Assembly: GCF_011745625.1 (NCBI RefSeq)
Contig: NW_027191482.1
Location: forward strand, 186,001 to 250,000
DNA: 64,000 nt
Direction of reading: 5' to 3'
Origin: Cladosporium halotolerans
Taxonomy: Eukaryota
Position numbers and translations under genes: made by a program. The notes below the pieces were generated by a model. That model made no database searches and was not told the DNA's origin. It saw nothing but the letters and a program-made list of their open reading frames with translations. Positions 45,259 to 57,671 of the stretch are shown piece after piece (position 1 is the stretch's first letter; each line of letters begins with the position of its first letter).

Positions 45259-46300
45259 CCGAGCGTTGATTGGCTCGGCTGCATCCGGCGCTAGCTCCGG
45301 GCTGCATTTCAGTCACTTACACGTTGAGCTGTCCTCTCCATGAAAACCATTATGCGCGGAGGTACCATCAGCTTTGAGCGATCGAGCAATCCTTGCGCCT
45401 CTGAGAGCCTGGAGAGCTGCAGTGCTCTGTGATTGGCGAGCTCGGCTGAACGCTGATTGGATCGGGAACGGCCGGCGCTAGCTACGGGCTGTTTTCTCAG
45501 TCACGTATACATTGGGAATGTTTGGAAGCTCTCCCTATATTGAACGCTCCAAATGCATATGCCATCAGCTTTGGAGCCATCTAGAGACTCTTGTGCCTCT
45601 GAGAAAGCTACAGCTATCGCCCATCCGAAAGTGTGTAGGCTTTTGAAGATTGCGACGCGTTCTCACAGAGTACATATACTACTCGGCGGGCAGAAAATCG
45701 GTCTCGATGGGTGATAGTACAAGGTACTACCCTGTGAGATCTTTTTCCTTCTGGGTAAAAGAGGTATCTCAGGTAGGGGATTGAGCTTACAAGAAATTCT
45801 AATAGATCTCAAGTACTCGGATGAGCAATAGAGTGCTTTGTGAACAAGGGGCCCGAGCGAGAATTTGATTGGCTTGGATACAACCGCCGCTAGCTGCGGG
45901 CTGCGAGATTCACTTACGCAGGTCATCGCTGGAAAATTCGTTCGAGGTGCTCTCCAGGGTCGACTACGGACGCGTAGAGCTCCCCTCAACTATGAATCTT
46001 GCCGTCAAGTCTCATGCGTGAGAGATGAAACTCTTGAAGCTCGATGTTGAGCATCGATTGGCTCGGACAAGCCCGGAGCTAGCTGCGGGCGCTGTCAGTG
46101 AATTGGACACGCCGTGGCACGTGATAAGTTTATTGTTCCATGTTCGGTCTATCACGTATCTGAAAGTTTGTAGACTTTCGATGATTACGACGTGTTATCG
46201 TGTGATTGATCTACAAGACTCTCCGCGTTAAATTCAGTCTCGATGGTCGATAGAAGAGGGTAGTACCATATAAGATCCCTTTCCGTCGGAGACCAGAGAA
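45259..46300. repeat. Degenerate non-coding tandem array with four copies of a 35-bp core
   Basis: Cores at 45268-45302, 45455-45489, 45867-45901 and 46056-46090. A second block starting GTCTCGATGG is duplicated at 45701 and 46237. Confidence 0.85.
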
Positions 46301-49300
46301 TTTCGGAAACAACGACCTATACTAGGTACCTAGTGATACCTCATGGACCTCAATTGTCAAATAAGTGATGGGTCGTATTCCATGAGAATGCTGTTGCGGT
46401 GGATCTATTGATCTTTTCCTCAGCTGTTCATTTCTGATGCGATGCGGGTATAGCGATCAAGAGGTGACGAGTCTTTCCGCTTGCTACAAGCTATGGTTTC
46501 CCTCCTCTCTGGACGAAATATCTGTTCAACTCACGTTGGACATGCGAGAGATCCGGTATCTTACGACTTTGCATCTCAAGGGGTCTCATTTGATTTCAAA
46601 CATGGGGCACGATGATACCTTACGGGCGTGTAGCACCTGAGACGGCAAGTTCCCATCGATCCGACGAGACTCGAGGGCTGAACTCCAACGCGAGCACCGT
46701 CGCGAGTCTGTTGCGATTCGCGATCGCACCGCGCCGCATCACACTCGCGGAGCAGTCATCGCGCGGAACGATCACAACCGTATCGGCCAAATCCTCATGA
46801 CCATCACTATCGCTGAATTTCTTTCGATCGCACAACCCCGCCGTCGCTCGCCACCAGCAGGCAGCAGCCGCAGCCCTCAACTCCAACGTCGTGATGACAC
46901 CCGCGCAACCTCTGATAGGCCTCTCGCTGCCACACACGTGAGCCTCATCGCGAGAGGGGGAGTGGAGACTATGGGAAGGAAAAAAATCATGTTTCTCACG
47001 CCGGTACAGGCAGCGACGCGCATCTGCTCTGCTGGCGTGCCCGACGCTTAGGACCGACGGCGCCATGTCGCTACTACTGTGTTGCAGCCCATACCGCTCT
47101 TTTCGCGAGGTCCGGTGGCCAGAATTGCTATGACTGTATACCTCGCCCCCATCACGGGACCAGCGCTCCGTGCGCTCTCATGTGATCTCAGCCCCGTCGC
47201 ACGCAAGCAACAGCGCGGGCTGAGCAACTAGGTAAAATTCATCCGGGCAAAGCAAGACAAGACAAGGCAAGGCAAGGCCAGCCTGCCTGGAAGGCTCACA
47301 GACTCTTCCACGCCTCCCTTCCAGAGCCCAAGCCCGAAGCAGCGCGAGCCCCGAAAGAAGCCGCGCCCGGACGCTCGTTCATGCGCAGGCGAGAGACACA
47401 AAGCCCGCGTCGTGTGCACGCTTGCACAAAACGGAGAGCGGGACGGCCATCGGCGGCTGCGGTCCTGCGCGCCCCGGCGCGAGCGGCCAGTGGGATCTGG
47501 CGCTGCTGTCGCTACCTACCTGGCACTTACAGGCGTGGCGGCGGGCGCAGCGAATCTGGAGGCTGCGTTTGCCGGCCGGGGCCGTGGGCCGCCGGTCGGC
47601 CTTCGGATGGGGTCGGGCTGAGCTAGGCAGCGCAGGGCTAGGGTGGCTTGAGGGTTGTGTGTGAATCATTCGCGGCGGCGTTGGGGGTGGTGCGCAGGAG
47701 GTGGTGAGTGTTTGCGAAGGGTTCGCGGATGACTACATGCTTGTACTTTATGTATGTATGTATGTAGGCTGTGAGGTACTGACATGGTGTAAACGTATGT
47801 GGTTCTGCAAGGCTGTCTGCGGTTGTTGACATGTCTGGCTGGGCCAAATGCCGACGCCTGCGAGTGGCGGGCTGGAAGGATGGCTGAGTGGTGTAGGACG
47901 GGCGGAGGGCCAATTGGCGGCTGCACAACTTTCGGCGAAGCTGCAGACGGCGCTTGGCGGAAAGGGTCCTTAGCCTTCTGTTGTGCTGGCTCGGATGGGA
48001 GGGGGTAGTGGCGGTGGTGAAGAGGGGTTGGGGCAGTACGTCAAGGGTTTCCATCGTTGATGGGCAGGCAGCCTGTGCCGCTCGCGAGTGAAGAGGGCGG
48101 CGTCATGGCACAGGGCGTGGCGGGACTCGAGGATGGCAGGCAGGAGACGTGAAGAGGCATGAGTGACAACGGTGCGCCGGAGTCTAGTATAGCGTGGCGA
48201 CCCAACTCAGAGTTTACTGCGCAAGAGTTTACTGCGCCTATAGAGCGGGCCTGGACGTGGCGGCGATGAAGGTACTCGTGGTAGCTGTGTGCGTGAAGGG
48301 CACCATGCTCGTGTCGGCAGCGTCCAGTAGTACACAGCGACAAGGCGCACACAGCGATGAGCGCACGATGGCGACACAGAGGCGGCGAGGCATCTGTGTG
48401 TATGGCGCGGGCGGCGGCAAAAGCAGTCGCTCGCCGTGTCATGGGGAGGATGGCGTGGACGGGCGCGGTAGCGCAGTGGCGTGGCATGTCGCCACCGCGC
48501 AGGCAGTCATCGTCCGTGCGAGCTCCAGCGGTGTTAGTCACGCCGCTGCCGGGCTGGGGAGGGTGAAAGCGCAGCCCTCCGCTTACCCTCCAGCCTCGCC
48601 CGCCGTCGCCAGTCCAGCGTCACCCAGTCCGAAGCTCTTCGACTCGACGCCCGCCAAACACACATGAACAACTCCTCCCTCGCGCGTCCCTGCGCCCTCT
48701 AGACACCACCACCACCGTCCACCCACCCGCGCACCGCCAACGCCGCCACTGCTCCGCCTGACGAGCGCGCGCCTATCCGCGGACCCCAGGCAGTTTGCCG
48801 CCGCAGCCTTCTGCCTGGCTCTTTGACCCCCGAGGGCCCCAGTCATCACTCGCCACTCGACTCATCCGCGCCGACAACGCCTCTTTGTTCGTCATACGCC
48901 CGGCGCGACTTCATTGCCTACGCCAGCACCACCCTCTCCACTCCTTCTCTTCGTTTCTTATAATTACGACCCCTCCGCTCCTCCCCGCCAGCTGCGAGGA
49001 CCCACCCGACCTGTGTTCTGGTGAGCATCGCTGGATCGTCGCCTAATACCAGCCCTGTCACTCCTTTCGACGGCACGAACGCATCTCCTACTTGCTTCCC
49101 TTTAATACCCCTCCATCTCCGATTGACGACTCGCGAACGGCTCCAGCTCTCCACTCACCGCCCTCGGATCGACTCGATCAACGACCACCCTCTCTATTGC
49201 GCACCTACACGTCGAGACATGATCCCTGCCTTTATTCCCAAACTTCCAGTCAGCCGTCTCAACATGTTCAAGTCTTCCGCCCTCGCCGTCGAAGGCGCCA

Positions 49301-49684
49301 TGTGGTAAATCTGCTCCGCTTTTCGATCACAGCTTCTCGAGGAACAACCTTCTCGATCGGGCTGTACTGAAAACAAATACACTATACGAAAGCAAGAGTT
49401 ATCACATACTTGAAACATTTGAGAGCGTGCTCGACTGGAAGGATCGAAGAGAATTGAACCGTCGACCATCGGCATTGTTTGAGTTTCTTCGAAACACCGT
49501 CACCGCAAGCTTCAGAGCACTGCATATTCCTTGAGCTTGTATTGCCTGCCGACATATTTGCTTATGTTTGACGGGTTTTCGCAAGCTTAAACGTCTTTCA
49601 GCATTGGAAGGCGTCTCGGAGTAATCGGTCAACTCGAACGGACATTATCTATTGGACAACTCTACCCGCACACAAAGACCCAGC

Positions 49685-51882
49685 ATGAGCTTGCCTAAGG
49701 TCGATCAGGTTGCCGAAGGTCCCAACCTTTTGGACTCCCAAAGGATTGGACCGTACGAGCATTCGATCGCATCTTCTGCTTCGTCTTCACAAACATCAAT
49801 CTTCTCTGACGCCGCCTCAGCTCAGAGCTCCACCGCAAGCTCCGTCTCCGACGACTTCAGGAGCAGTCAGGAAGATGCACGAGAGCGCTACTGTGCTGCG
49901 GCACAGCTGCAGCAAAAACAAGCACTCGAGTCACAGTTGTCACACGCACGTCAGCAGCAGCTCTCGTATGCTGACGTGACTTCGGTGCCGCCGCTTCAGC
50001 GACAGCATCCGAGGCGATCTTCCCTGGCTAGACACCAGAGGCCTCCGCCTCTTGTGCGTCAGGCCGATCGCAAGATCAACTTTGTTGACAACCTCGTTGG
50101 TAAGCAGGTTTCCATTTACCGCATTTGACCAAGATCCTAAGCTAAGACTTTCCTTTTCCTAAAGACTCTGCAACCCAAATGGTTGAGGTCATTTGGCCGC
50201 TGTCCATGGTGCCTAGTAGTGCCATTGAGGGCAGCAGTGGGCGCAGCGTATTGCCGCTGCGCACTTACATTGAAGAGACGCTTAGGCGGTCTCGGACTAG
50301 CTACTCGACACTGCAAGTCGCACTTTACTACTTGATCCTGATTAAGCATTGGGTGCCCAACCGTGACTTCACCATGGAACAGACAGGTGATTGTTCCGCA
50401 AACCGCGCACTCATGTGCGGCCGCAGGATGTTCCTCGCGGCCCTCATTTTGGCCTCGAAGTATCTGCAGGATCGCAACTACTCCGCAAAAGCTTGGAGTA
50501 AGATGTCCGGTCTTCCAGTCAAAGAGATCAACGCCAACGAACGCACGTTCTTGGCCAAGATCGACTGGAAGCTTCACGTCGCCAAGCCCTTATTCGACTG
50601 CTGGACTGACATTGTCATCAAGTATCAGACTATGCCGCCGCCGGCTCCTGGTGCTCAGGGCATTGCCGTTGAGGAGATGTGCTGGAAAAAGCTTGTGCCT
50701 ATGCTCACTCCCGAGCTTGACAACGTGCCTCTTCCTGAGCGCATGGCAAAGTCAGTCATCGAGACTGCTGCTCGTGCAGAAATGCCGATGTCCTCTCTTA
50801 CGCAGCCATCCCGGGGCGTGTCGCCGGTCAGCGCTATGAACGTGGAGAGCAATTCGCAGGAGACCACTCCCACTCCTGCGACAATCTTTCCGCCGCGATT
50901 CCTGGAGCCGCGACCCAACATTGCGCCACCTACGCCGGCGCTGGCTCGCATGGGTCCTCTGCCTACACCGCAGTTGACACCATCCGTCACATCCATGCCT
51001 TCAGGCACTCCTGCTGTGAGTGCTTGCGGCACTCGCCGTCCTTCCATGTGCTCTGCCATGGCTATGGCTCAACGCGCCGGTTTCAACCGGTGCGTCAGCG
51101 ACGAGTTTGCTGGCAACAGCCTTGAGAGATATCACTCTCGCAGGCCTTCTGCCAGCAGCACGCTGTCATCTCGCTCCAGCCCCGAGTCAATGATCAGCGA
51201 CCAGACTCGCTCCTCTCGTGCCTCGTCCATTTCGTCTGTCACGACAGTGTCGTCTGCCGCTTCGTGCGTGGCGCCGCCCCGGGCCAACTTGGCTCGCTTG
51301 GCGACCACACGAAGCGCGCGCATGCCACTGTCCAGCGCAGACGTCATGGAGGAGGACGACAAGGAAGCAAAAGGCAATGCGAACCAATCCATCGTCATCA
51401 GCGAAGACGAGGAAGTCGCCGACCTCAGCCCGCCCGACTTCTCCATCAGCCAGCGCAAGATGCACGCCCCCCACCGCCACTCCAAACACCACAGCCAGCA
51501 CCACCACCACCACCACCAGCAGCAACAACCCACCTCCGCGCCCGCCGCGGCAGAGAAGAGCCGCAAGCGCCACCGCGCCACCCGCGGCACGCGCCGCAAC
51601 GAGCTCTACGACGAAGTCCGCTTCCAGCTGCAGGAGGAGCAGGACGACGAGGACGTGCAGATGCTCGACCTCGTCTCCAACGACAGCGACGAGGACATGC
51701 GGTCGCCCAGCCCTGCCGCGGCGCAGGCGGCCGCCATGCTCCGCCGCGACCTCTACCAGTGCAAGGAGCCGCAGCCGCTGCGCCTGCCCGTCCAGAAGAA
51801 TGAGGGCAAGAAGCGTACGTGCTGCGACTCCTCCGCTAGGCTGGGGTTTGCGGGCCCGCAGCCGCTGTGGTCGCGCGCGTGA
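49685..51882 (+). CDS. Pho85-type cyclin (Pcl5/Clg1-like)
   Basis: Cyclin box LRTYIEETLRRSRTSYSTLQVALYY, CGRRMFLAALILASKYLQDRNYSAKAWSKMSGL...EINANE. Intron at about 50100-50164; Ser/Pro-rich tail with a His/Gln tract. Confidence 0.88.
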
Positions 51883-52972
51883 GGTACAATAACCACAACA
51901 GACCAGAGGAAGCATAATGAATGGTCTGAAGCAAATCAAACGGAGGGGAGGGGAGGGCAATATCATACACCGCCCTCCCTCCCCTCGCCGAGCCGCCCGG
52001 GGCGCGCTATCCGAAAGTGTACGTGTTCATGTGACGACGTCGCATCTGGGAAATTCGGGGTAATACGGCGTTCTTTTTTTTTTCTCATCTGTATTCTTTC
52101 ACAACGGAGTTCACAAGGCGCAAGCACGGCGTTCCCAGGAGGAAGCGAAGGAAAAAAGAGAAAAAGCAAGCAGCTCAACTTTTCTTCTTGACCGACTATC
52201 TATCTTCTACTAGCTTATGGGGGCTTTCTTAGTGGTTTGGGAGGGGGATGGGTTCATTCATCTACCTGAAATGAACTTTGCTTTTTTGACTTTCAACTTT
52301 GTGTCTCTCGCCTGTCGTTACGTGTGTTTTTTCTTCATTGTGACTACGGACTCTCTTCTTTTTTTTTTTAGCTGACCTGAATGCACCTCAGCGGCGCCCG
52401 AGTTGAGTTGAAGTGAAGATGTCAGTGAGAGCTACACGGTCAGCACGGGGCCATGTGAAGAAGCCAGTCTGCTCTAGGCCGCTCACGATGGACATAGATA
52501 TTTGCAGGCCACACAGCTCTCGAGTCAAATATGGGTTTCGGCCTCGAAATCTTTTCTCTTGTGCTCATACCAGCAGCTCTTGAGATAGCGAGCGTGGAGA
52601 TGGTGGTGAGAGCTGCGTGAAGTGATATCACGTGATTTTCGGGAGGTCTGGCGCGTCACGTTCGATCGATCGACCATTCTTGATGAAAGAGAGGTCCTAG
52701 CTATGAACGGCGATCGCGGATGGGAATTTCACATAAGACAGGTAACTGAACAAGGTAAGATTGTGTCAAGTTCGTTGCTTCGCTGCTAAAGGAACGTTGT
52801 AGGTAGGGTATCTTAGAAATGAGTAAATAATGAAATCCGACCGACCGCGCTCTTCCAATCGGCTGCAAATTACCCTTTACACCATCCATCCACCCTCTTC
52901 TGAGCCTTTTGTAAATGAAACGGGCATATACAAACGAAACCCTCTCGCGATCTCCGCGCCCTCCACCCCACA

Positions 52973-55578
52973 TCACAATGCATAATTCTCCGCGTGCAAA
53001 AACACCTCCTCCCTGCCAGACTCCTTGCTCCAAACCTCCCTCTGCAAGTTCCGCACCGCGCGCGCAACATCCGTCCTCATGCCCGGCGGCCCGCAGACGA
53101 ACACCGCCGCGCGCGGGCCCGTCCACTCGCGGCTGAGCTCGCGCAGCATGAAGGGTATGTCCGGGCGGCCCCATTCGGTGCTCCAGCCGGAGGTGGCGGG
53201 CTTGCGCAGCGTCGCGGGCATGAAAGCGAAGCGCATGAGGTTCTTCTGGAACTCTGTGGGGGTGGATGGGAAGCCGAAGTCGGGGTTTTGGGGGTCGCCG
53301 GGCTCCGTGTAGGTTGTGGCGGCGGCGGCGGCAGGGGATGAGACGCCGTTGAGCGCGTTGAGGGCGGTGTTTTGGGCGGTGGAGATGTCGAGGCTGAGGG
53401 CTTGGGAGCGGCGCTTTTCGTGTAGGGTTGGGTGGGGTGGGAGGTGGGGGGTTTCAGTTGACGGGAGGCTGGAGGGTGTTGGGGAGTGGTCGCGGGAGGA
53501 GTTGCGGTTGGGGGAGGGCGAAAGGTGTGCTCGTGAAGATTTGAGGTGGGCTTCGGGGAGTGGTCGGAGGCGGTCTTCTTTCTCTACTCTAAGCTCCTTC
53601 TCTCGTTCGGGGTCGCCTGCGGCTTCGTCTCGGATGAGAGCGGAGTGTCGGTTTGACGAGGCGAACGAGTAGCGGTTGCTAGCGATGTTTTGGAACATGT
53701 CGTTGACCTTGTCGTGGAAGACCATGCTGACTGGTCTGGTGGGCGTTTGAGCGCTGACGATCTTCCCAGTCATGGATTGTCTCTTTGCCGTGGTGATGTA
53801 AAATTGGCAGTGGACTGTGTCGGGCGGCGCATACTCTCTACAGATGCGGAGCTCTTCTTTGAACCACTCCATAGTGTCAGGTCGCTTCAATGCCCAGATG
53901 ACGTGGACAGTCTTTGTGACTGCCTTCGAGTCTCGCATGCGCTTGATAAGATCCAGAAGCTGTGAGACCAAAGCGGTAATTCCGCTACCTCCTGCAATAA
54001 GGACCACATGGTCGAAAGAGTCCATGCTCCGTCGCATGCCACCGTACGGACCATCTATAAAGGCACGGTATGTGTGCCAAGGACCATGATCGAGTGCATT
54101 CTCCAAGACTTTCTTCGTGAAACCCCCGAAGGGCCTGAACACCAGAACCATATCCCTATACTCTTCACCGTAGCCGGAGGGAAAATCGTCACTGCAGAGT
54201 GAAGCAATCGTGAAGGGATGGTTCTCAAAGATCGAAACACCAGGCATGCGGAGATAGACGTACTGTCCCGGCTTCCACTTCATTTGCGTTGGAATCGTCA
54301 CTTTGACAGCGTCCTCAGGCAGTACAGTAACGGCTGCTTCTTCACCCACCAGGAAGGACATGCGCCAGGGATTCGTCCAGTTCAGGTATAGTAAGCGTAC
54401 CACGTAAGAAGATAACCATATGGCGACAGTGGACCACAGGTAAGCCCAAGAGGTGAGATAGTTGCTGCAATGCCAAAATAGCATTCCCAGAAATATGATC
54501 GAGATCGGAACGTGCGCAATAACAAAGATCTCGTAAAACCGACGTCGGATAGGAGGAAGTGAGTGAATGCAAAGAACGATCAAAGGAACGAGTGCAGCAA
54601 TGCCTACAGATATCAGTCAACACATTCGTTTGTGCCAAGCGCTTCACACTTACCAGTTCCATAAATGACCCTACCGGTGCCCACGAAGTATGACTGGAAA
54701 ACGTCTAAGCCTCCATGTTCCCAGACGGGCTGAACATAAAAGGGCACCGTGTGGATCAAGCTCAACAACAAGCAAAGATATGCAAGCCATCGATGGAGGA
54801 CATTGAGCCGCTCGTGTCCGATACCGGTTAACATTGCGATGAAGTTCGCTTTCATGCTCAAAGCAACGATCAAGGGCATCATTGCGACTGCGATCATTCC
54901 GGAGCGGATCGCAAGAGGCGGAGAGCCGAAACGGATGCTTTGCCAGTATAGTGGTTGTGGTACGAAGCAGTATAGTATCGTGAAAGAAAGGGCAGCTGCA
55001 ATGATAAAAAGGATGCCCAGTGGAGGCAGAACGATCGGTCGCCAACCCTTCCTCAATCGAATACTGGGCAATGGGTAGTATGTCACAAAGCGACAGAAGG
55101 CGATCGCGCTGTTCACTGTGTGACTCGAAGAAGCTGACGATTGCGCCTGAGGCGGTTCTGGAAGCGCACCATGTCGCGGGAAGAACTTTGTCGTAGACTT
55201 GTCCGTGCTGAGCGCAGACATCTCATAGTCGGTGTCCGGTGAAGCAGTGCTGGCGTCATTCAACATCTCTTCCTTGTGAAGCGCTGTCCTGATCTTGTCC
55301 GTCCACAAATGGTATAATCGAAACAGTATCGTTATCACCAGTAGTATGGCGCAGAAGTATATCCATCCCAAGGCGTATTTCCCAGAGTCCGTCCATGGAT
55401 CCACAGTATTGGCTTCGATCAACCCAGGGTCACTGCTTTCGTTGTATGGTATGTCGATTCGTCTCTCGATGGTTGGGATCATATCGTTCGTATCGCGCTT
55501 CTCGATAGTAGCGACGCCCTCGAGTGACTCCAAAGCCACACCGGCGCGATTCGCCAACAAGTCAGCGAGCGCTGGCAT
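52973..55578 (-). CDS. Ferric/cupric reductase (FRE-family metalloreductase)
   Basis: Heme histidines (LHRW, LIHT, IAHV, FWHC), PGQY, HPFT (FAD), DGPYG, IAGGSGIT, VFVCGP, HAENY*. Intron 54653-54604. Confidence 0.92.
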
Positions 55579-57671
55579 GTTCCAAGCGACCACCTCCTCG
55601 CTGCGGCTTTGAATATGTGTATCCCAACTGTTGCTTCGGATCTCTGGCCGCCTAAAGGCGACCGATCGGCGACGGGGTCTCTTGAAACACCTGCGGCTTT
55701 GCGGTTTCACAGATCATACGTTTGGCGCTTTCTGTGATCGAGTCGGTTTACCGCGACAGATTTGTTTTGCTCGTGTTACAAGACGGCGCTTTTTTGTTCG
55801 TATGCTGATTGCAACGATCGTTGCGACGTGCATAAAGATGTTTCTTGGACTTTAGGGCATGTCGGCGCACGAAAATGGACGAGAAGCGAGTGTGAGACCG
55901 ACGAGGCATATGAAGGGCCCTAAGAAGGTGCGGAGCAACCATCGGCTACATGCAAGGGCCCAAATGCATCTAGTCCCGGACCCTGTCACGAACCAAAGAC
56001 CCACCTGTCGACATGTCTGCTTGGCTAGCTTGGAGATGCAGCCCGAGCAATATGTGCACATGGTCAAGGGCGCCACGAGACCAAACATTAGCCGGCATTG
56101 GCTCTACTGCGTGGGACCGCGGCTGCGAGACGCCGTGACAGGGTTTATCACCGAGTGGTCTAGGAGAAATGGGAGTACGGCAATATATCTCATTATACCG
56201 GGGATCACTAACATCAACCTCTACGAGGCCTCTCCCTAATCTGAATCGAATTTGAAGTGCTACCACTTCCTTCAGATTTACGGATGTGAGATTCACCAGA
56301 GAGAGAGCCATGCCACAGACTTCCGGATCAATGATGGAGCGAAGCCCAGGAAATGTCAGGGAGACAAGACTGTAGCCACATCTCGTGACAAGCGCCGGCG
56401 ACTAGTCGCTTGAAGACCACCGAACCACTTCTCTGAGTCGTGAATGCCGAATGACAAGCGATTGCAACGTTGAGTAGCAGCGTCGACAGCACACATTCCG
56501 CTAGATGGCATCCGCACGAATCAGAGAGTTTGACGCGGTTGCGAAGTGAAGCCACGAGCGAGCCTGCGCGAACAAACGTGAGCCAATCAAGCAATCCTTG
56601 GCACAGCCGGCGCGAACAGCACTCTTCTCACTGGACGCCAACTTCTGCTTGTGCATCGAAACTGCAGCCATCACCAAGTCCATAGCAGATCACTGCAGCG
56701 ACTCCGCTTCTCCACTGTTACTTAGCCGTTCTAATTCGTCGTGCACGACATGATTATGCGACCTCTCAACACTGGCCACCGCACACTCTGGCGGCTGGAC
56801 CGCAATGCCGACTGCCCGAAGCACCTCGATAGTAGTTTGGCAAGCGACGAGTGATCTGTCACCAAGTAGCAGCGTGCTCCACACGATAGTCTATTCATGA
56901 ATAAGTCAGGAAATGCGACAAAGTCCTGCAAATATCACTGGTCTGCCGTATTCGAATCATGGCTTGCACGCAGCGTGTCTTCACGTCTGGCGTAAAGACG
57001 GACGACACGCCGATGCAGGGCACAACTTTCGGCCGGGCCGGACCTCAGATGGCTTACTTAGACAGGCGGATGTGCAGACTTGGGTCGCGGAAATTGTCCT
57101 CGATTGGGTGCGCCAATCTCGACGATAGAGAGTTGACTCTCCGCGAGGGAACTTATTAGTTGGCAGACCACAAGTTACCAGATAAGCGGTGGCTGTTTTC
57201 CGACTGCAATCATGACTACAGTCTATCGAGTGGATGATTGTGGATCTTTCCAACGTTTAGGTGTCGTTGGAGGATCGATTTCACTGGAGCCGTCGTTCTC
57301 CGTCTTAGAAACTCGCTGCTCTTTCTCAATGTACGTATCCCCTTTTGCAAGCGGAAGCTGATGGTAGCAGCATCAAAGAACAAAAATTATGTATTCAACT
57401 TTCCAGGGTCCACGAAGCTACGTAACATCCGTCAAGTCACTGGTGCGTCTTGTTGAGATTTTGACAAGTTTCGTGAAATGACCATAAGTGTAGCTTGGTA
57501 GAGATGCTTTGTCGCAAGCTATTTTGAGCTGCAGCTTAATCATTACCCCTCCAAGCCAACTGGAAGCAAGATTTGCGATTACTTCGTGTTAGATACGATC
57601 TCAAGATTCAACTCCGAGCTCGCTACAAGCGCATCGCAAGCCTTTGGTTCTCCCGTTTCAAGAGGCTCAAA

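Noticed and set aside
45268..46090. CRISPR-like array (35-bp partly palindromic repeats)
   Set aside because: The spacers are 150-380 bp and homologous to each other, the repeats are degenerate, there are no cas genes and the context is eukaryotic.
45107..46231. Repeat array as a coding repeat protein
   Set aside because: No frame stays open across the units, and the differences are not concentrated at third codon positions.
48209..48237. 14-bp direct repeat AGAGTTTACTGCGC x2
   Set aside because: It is probably a local slippage duplication; GTAAACT is not a canonical forkhead site.
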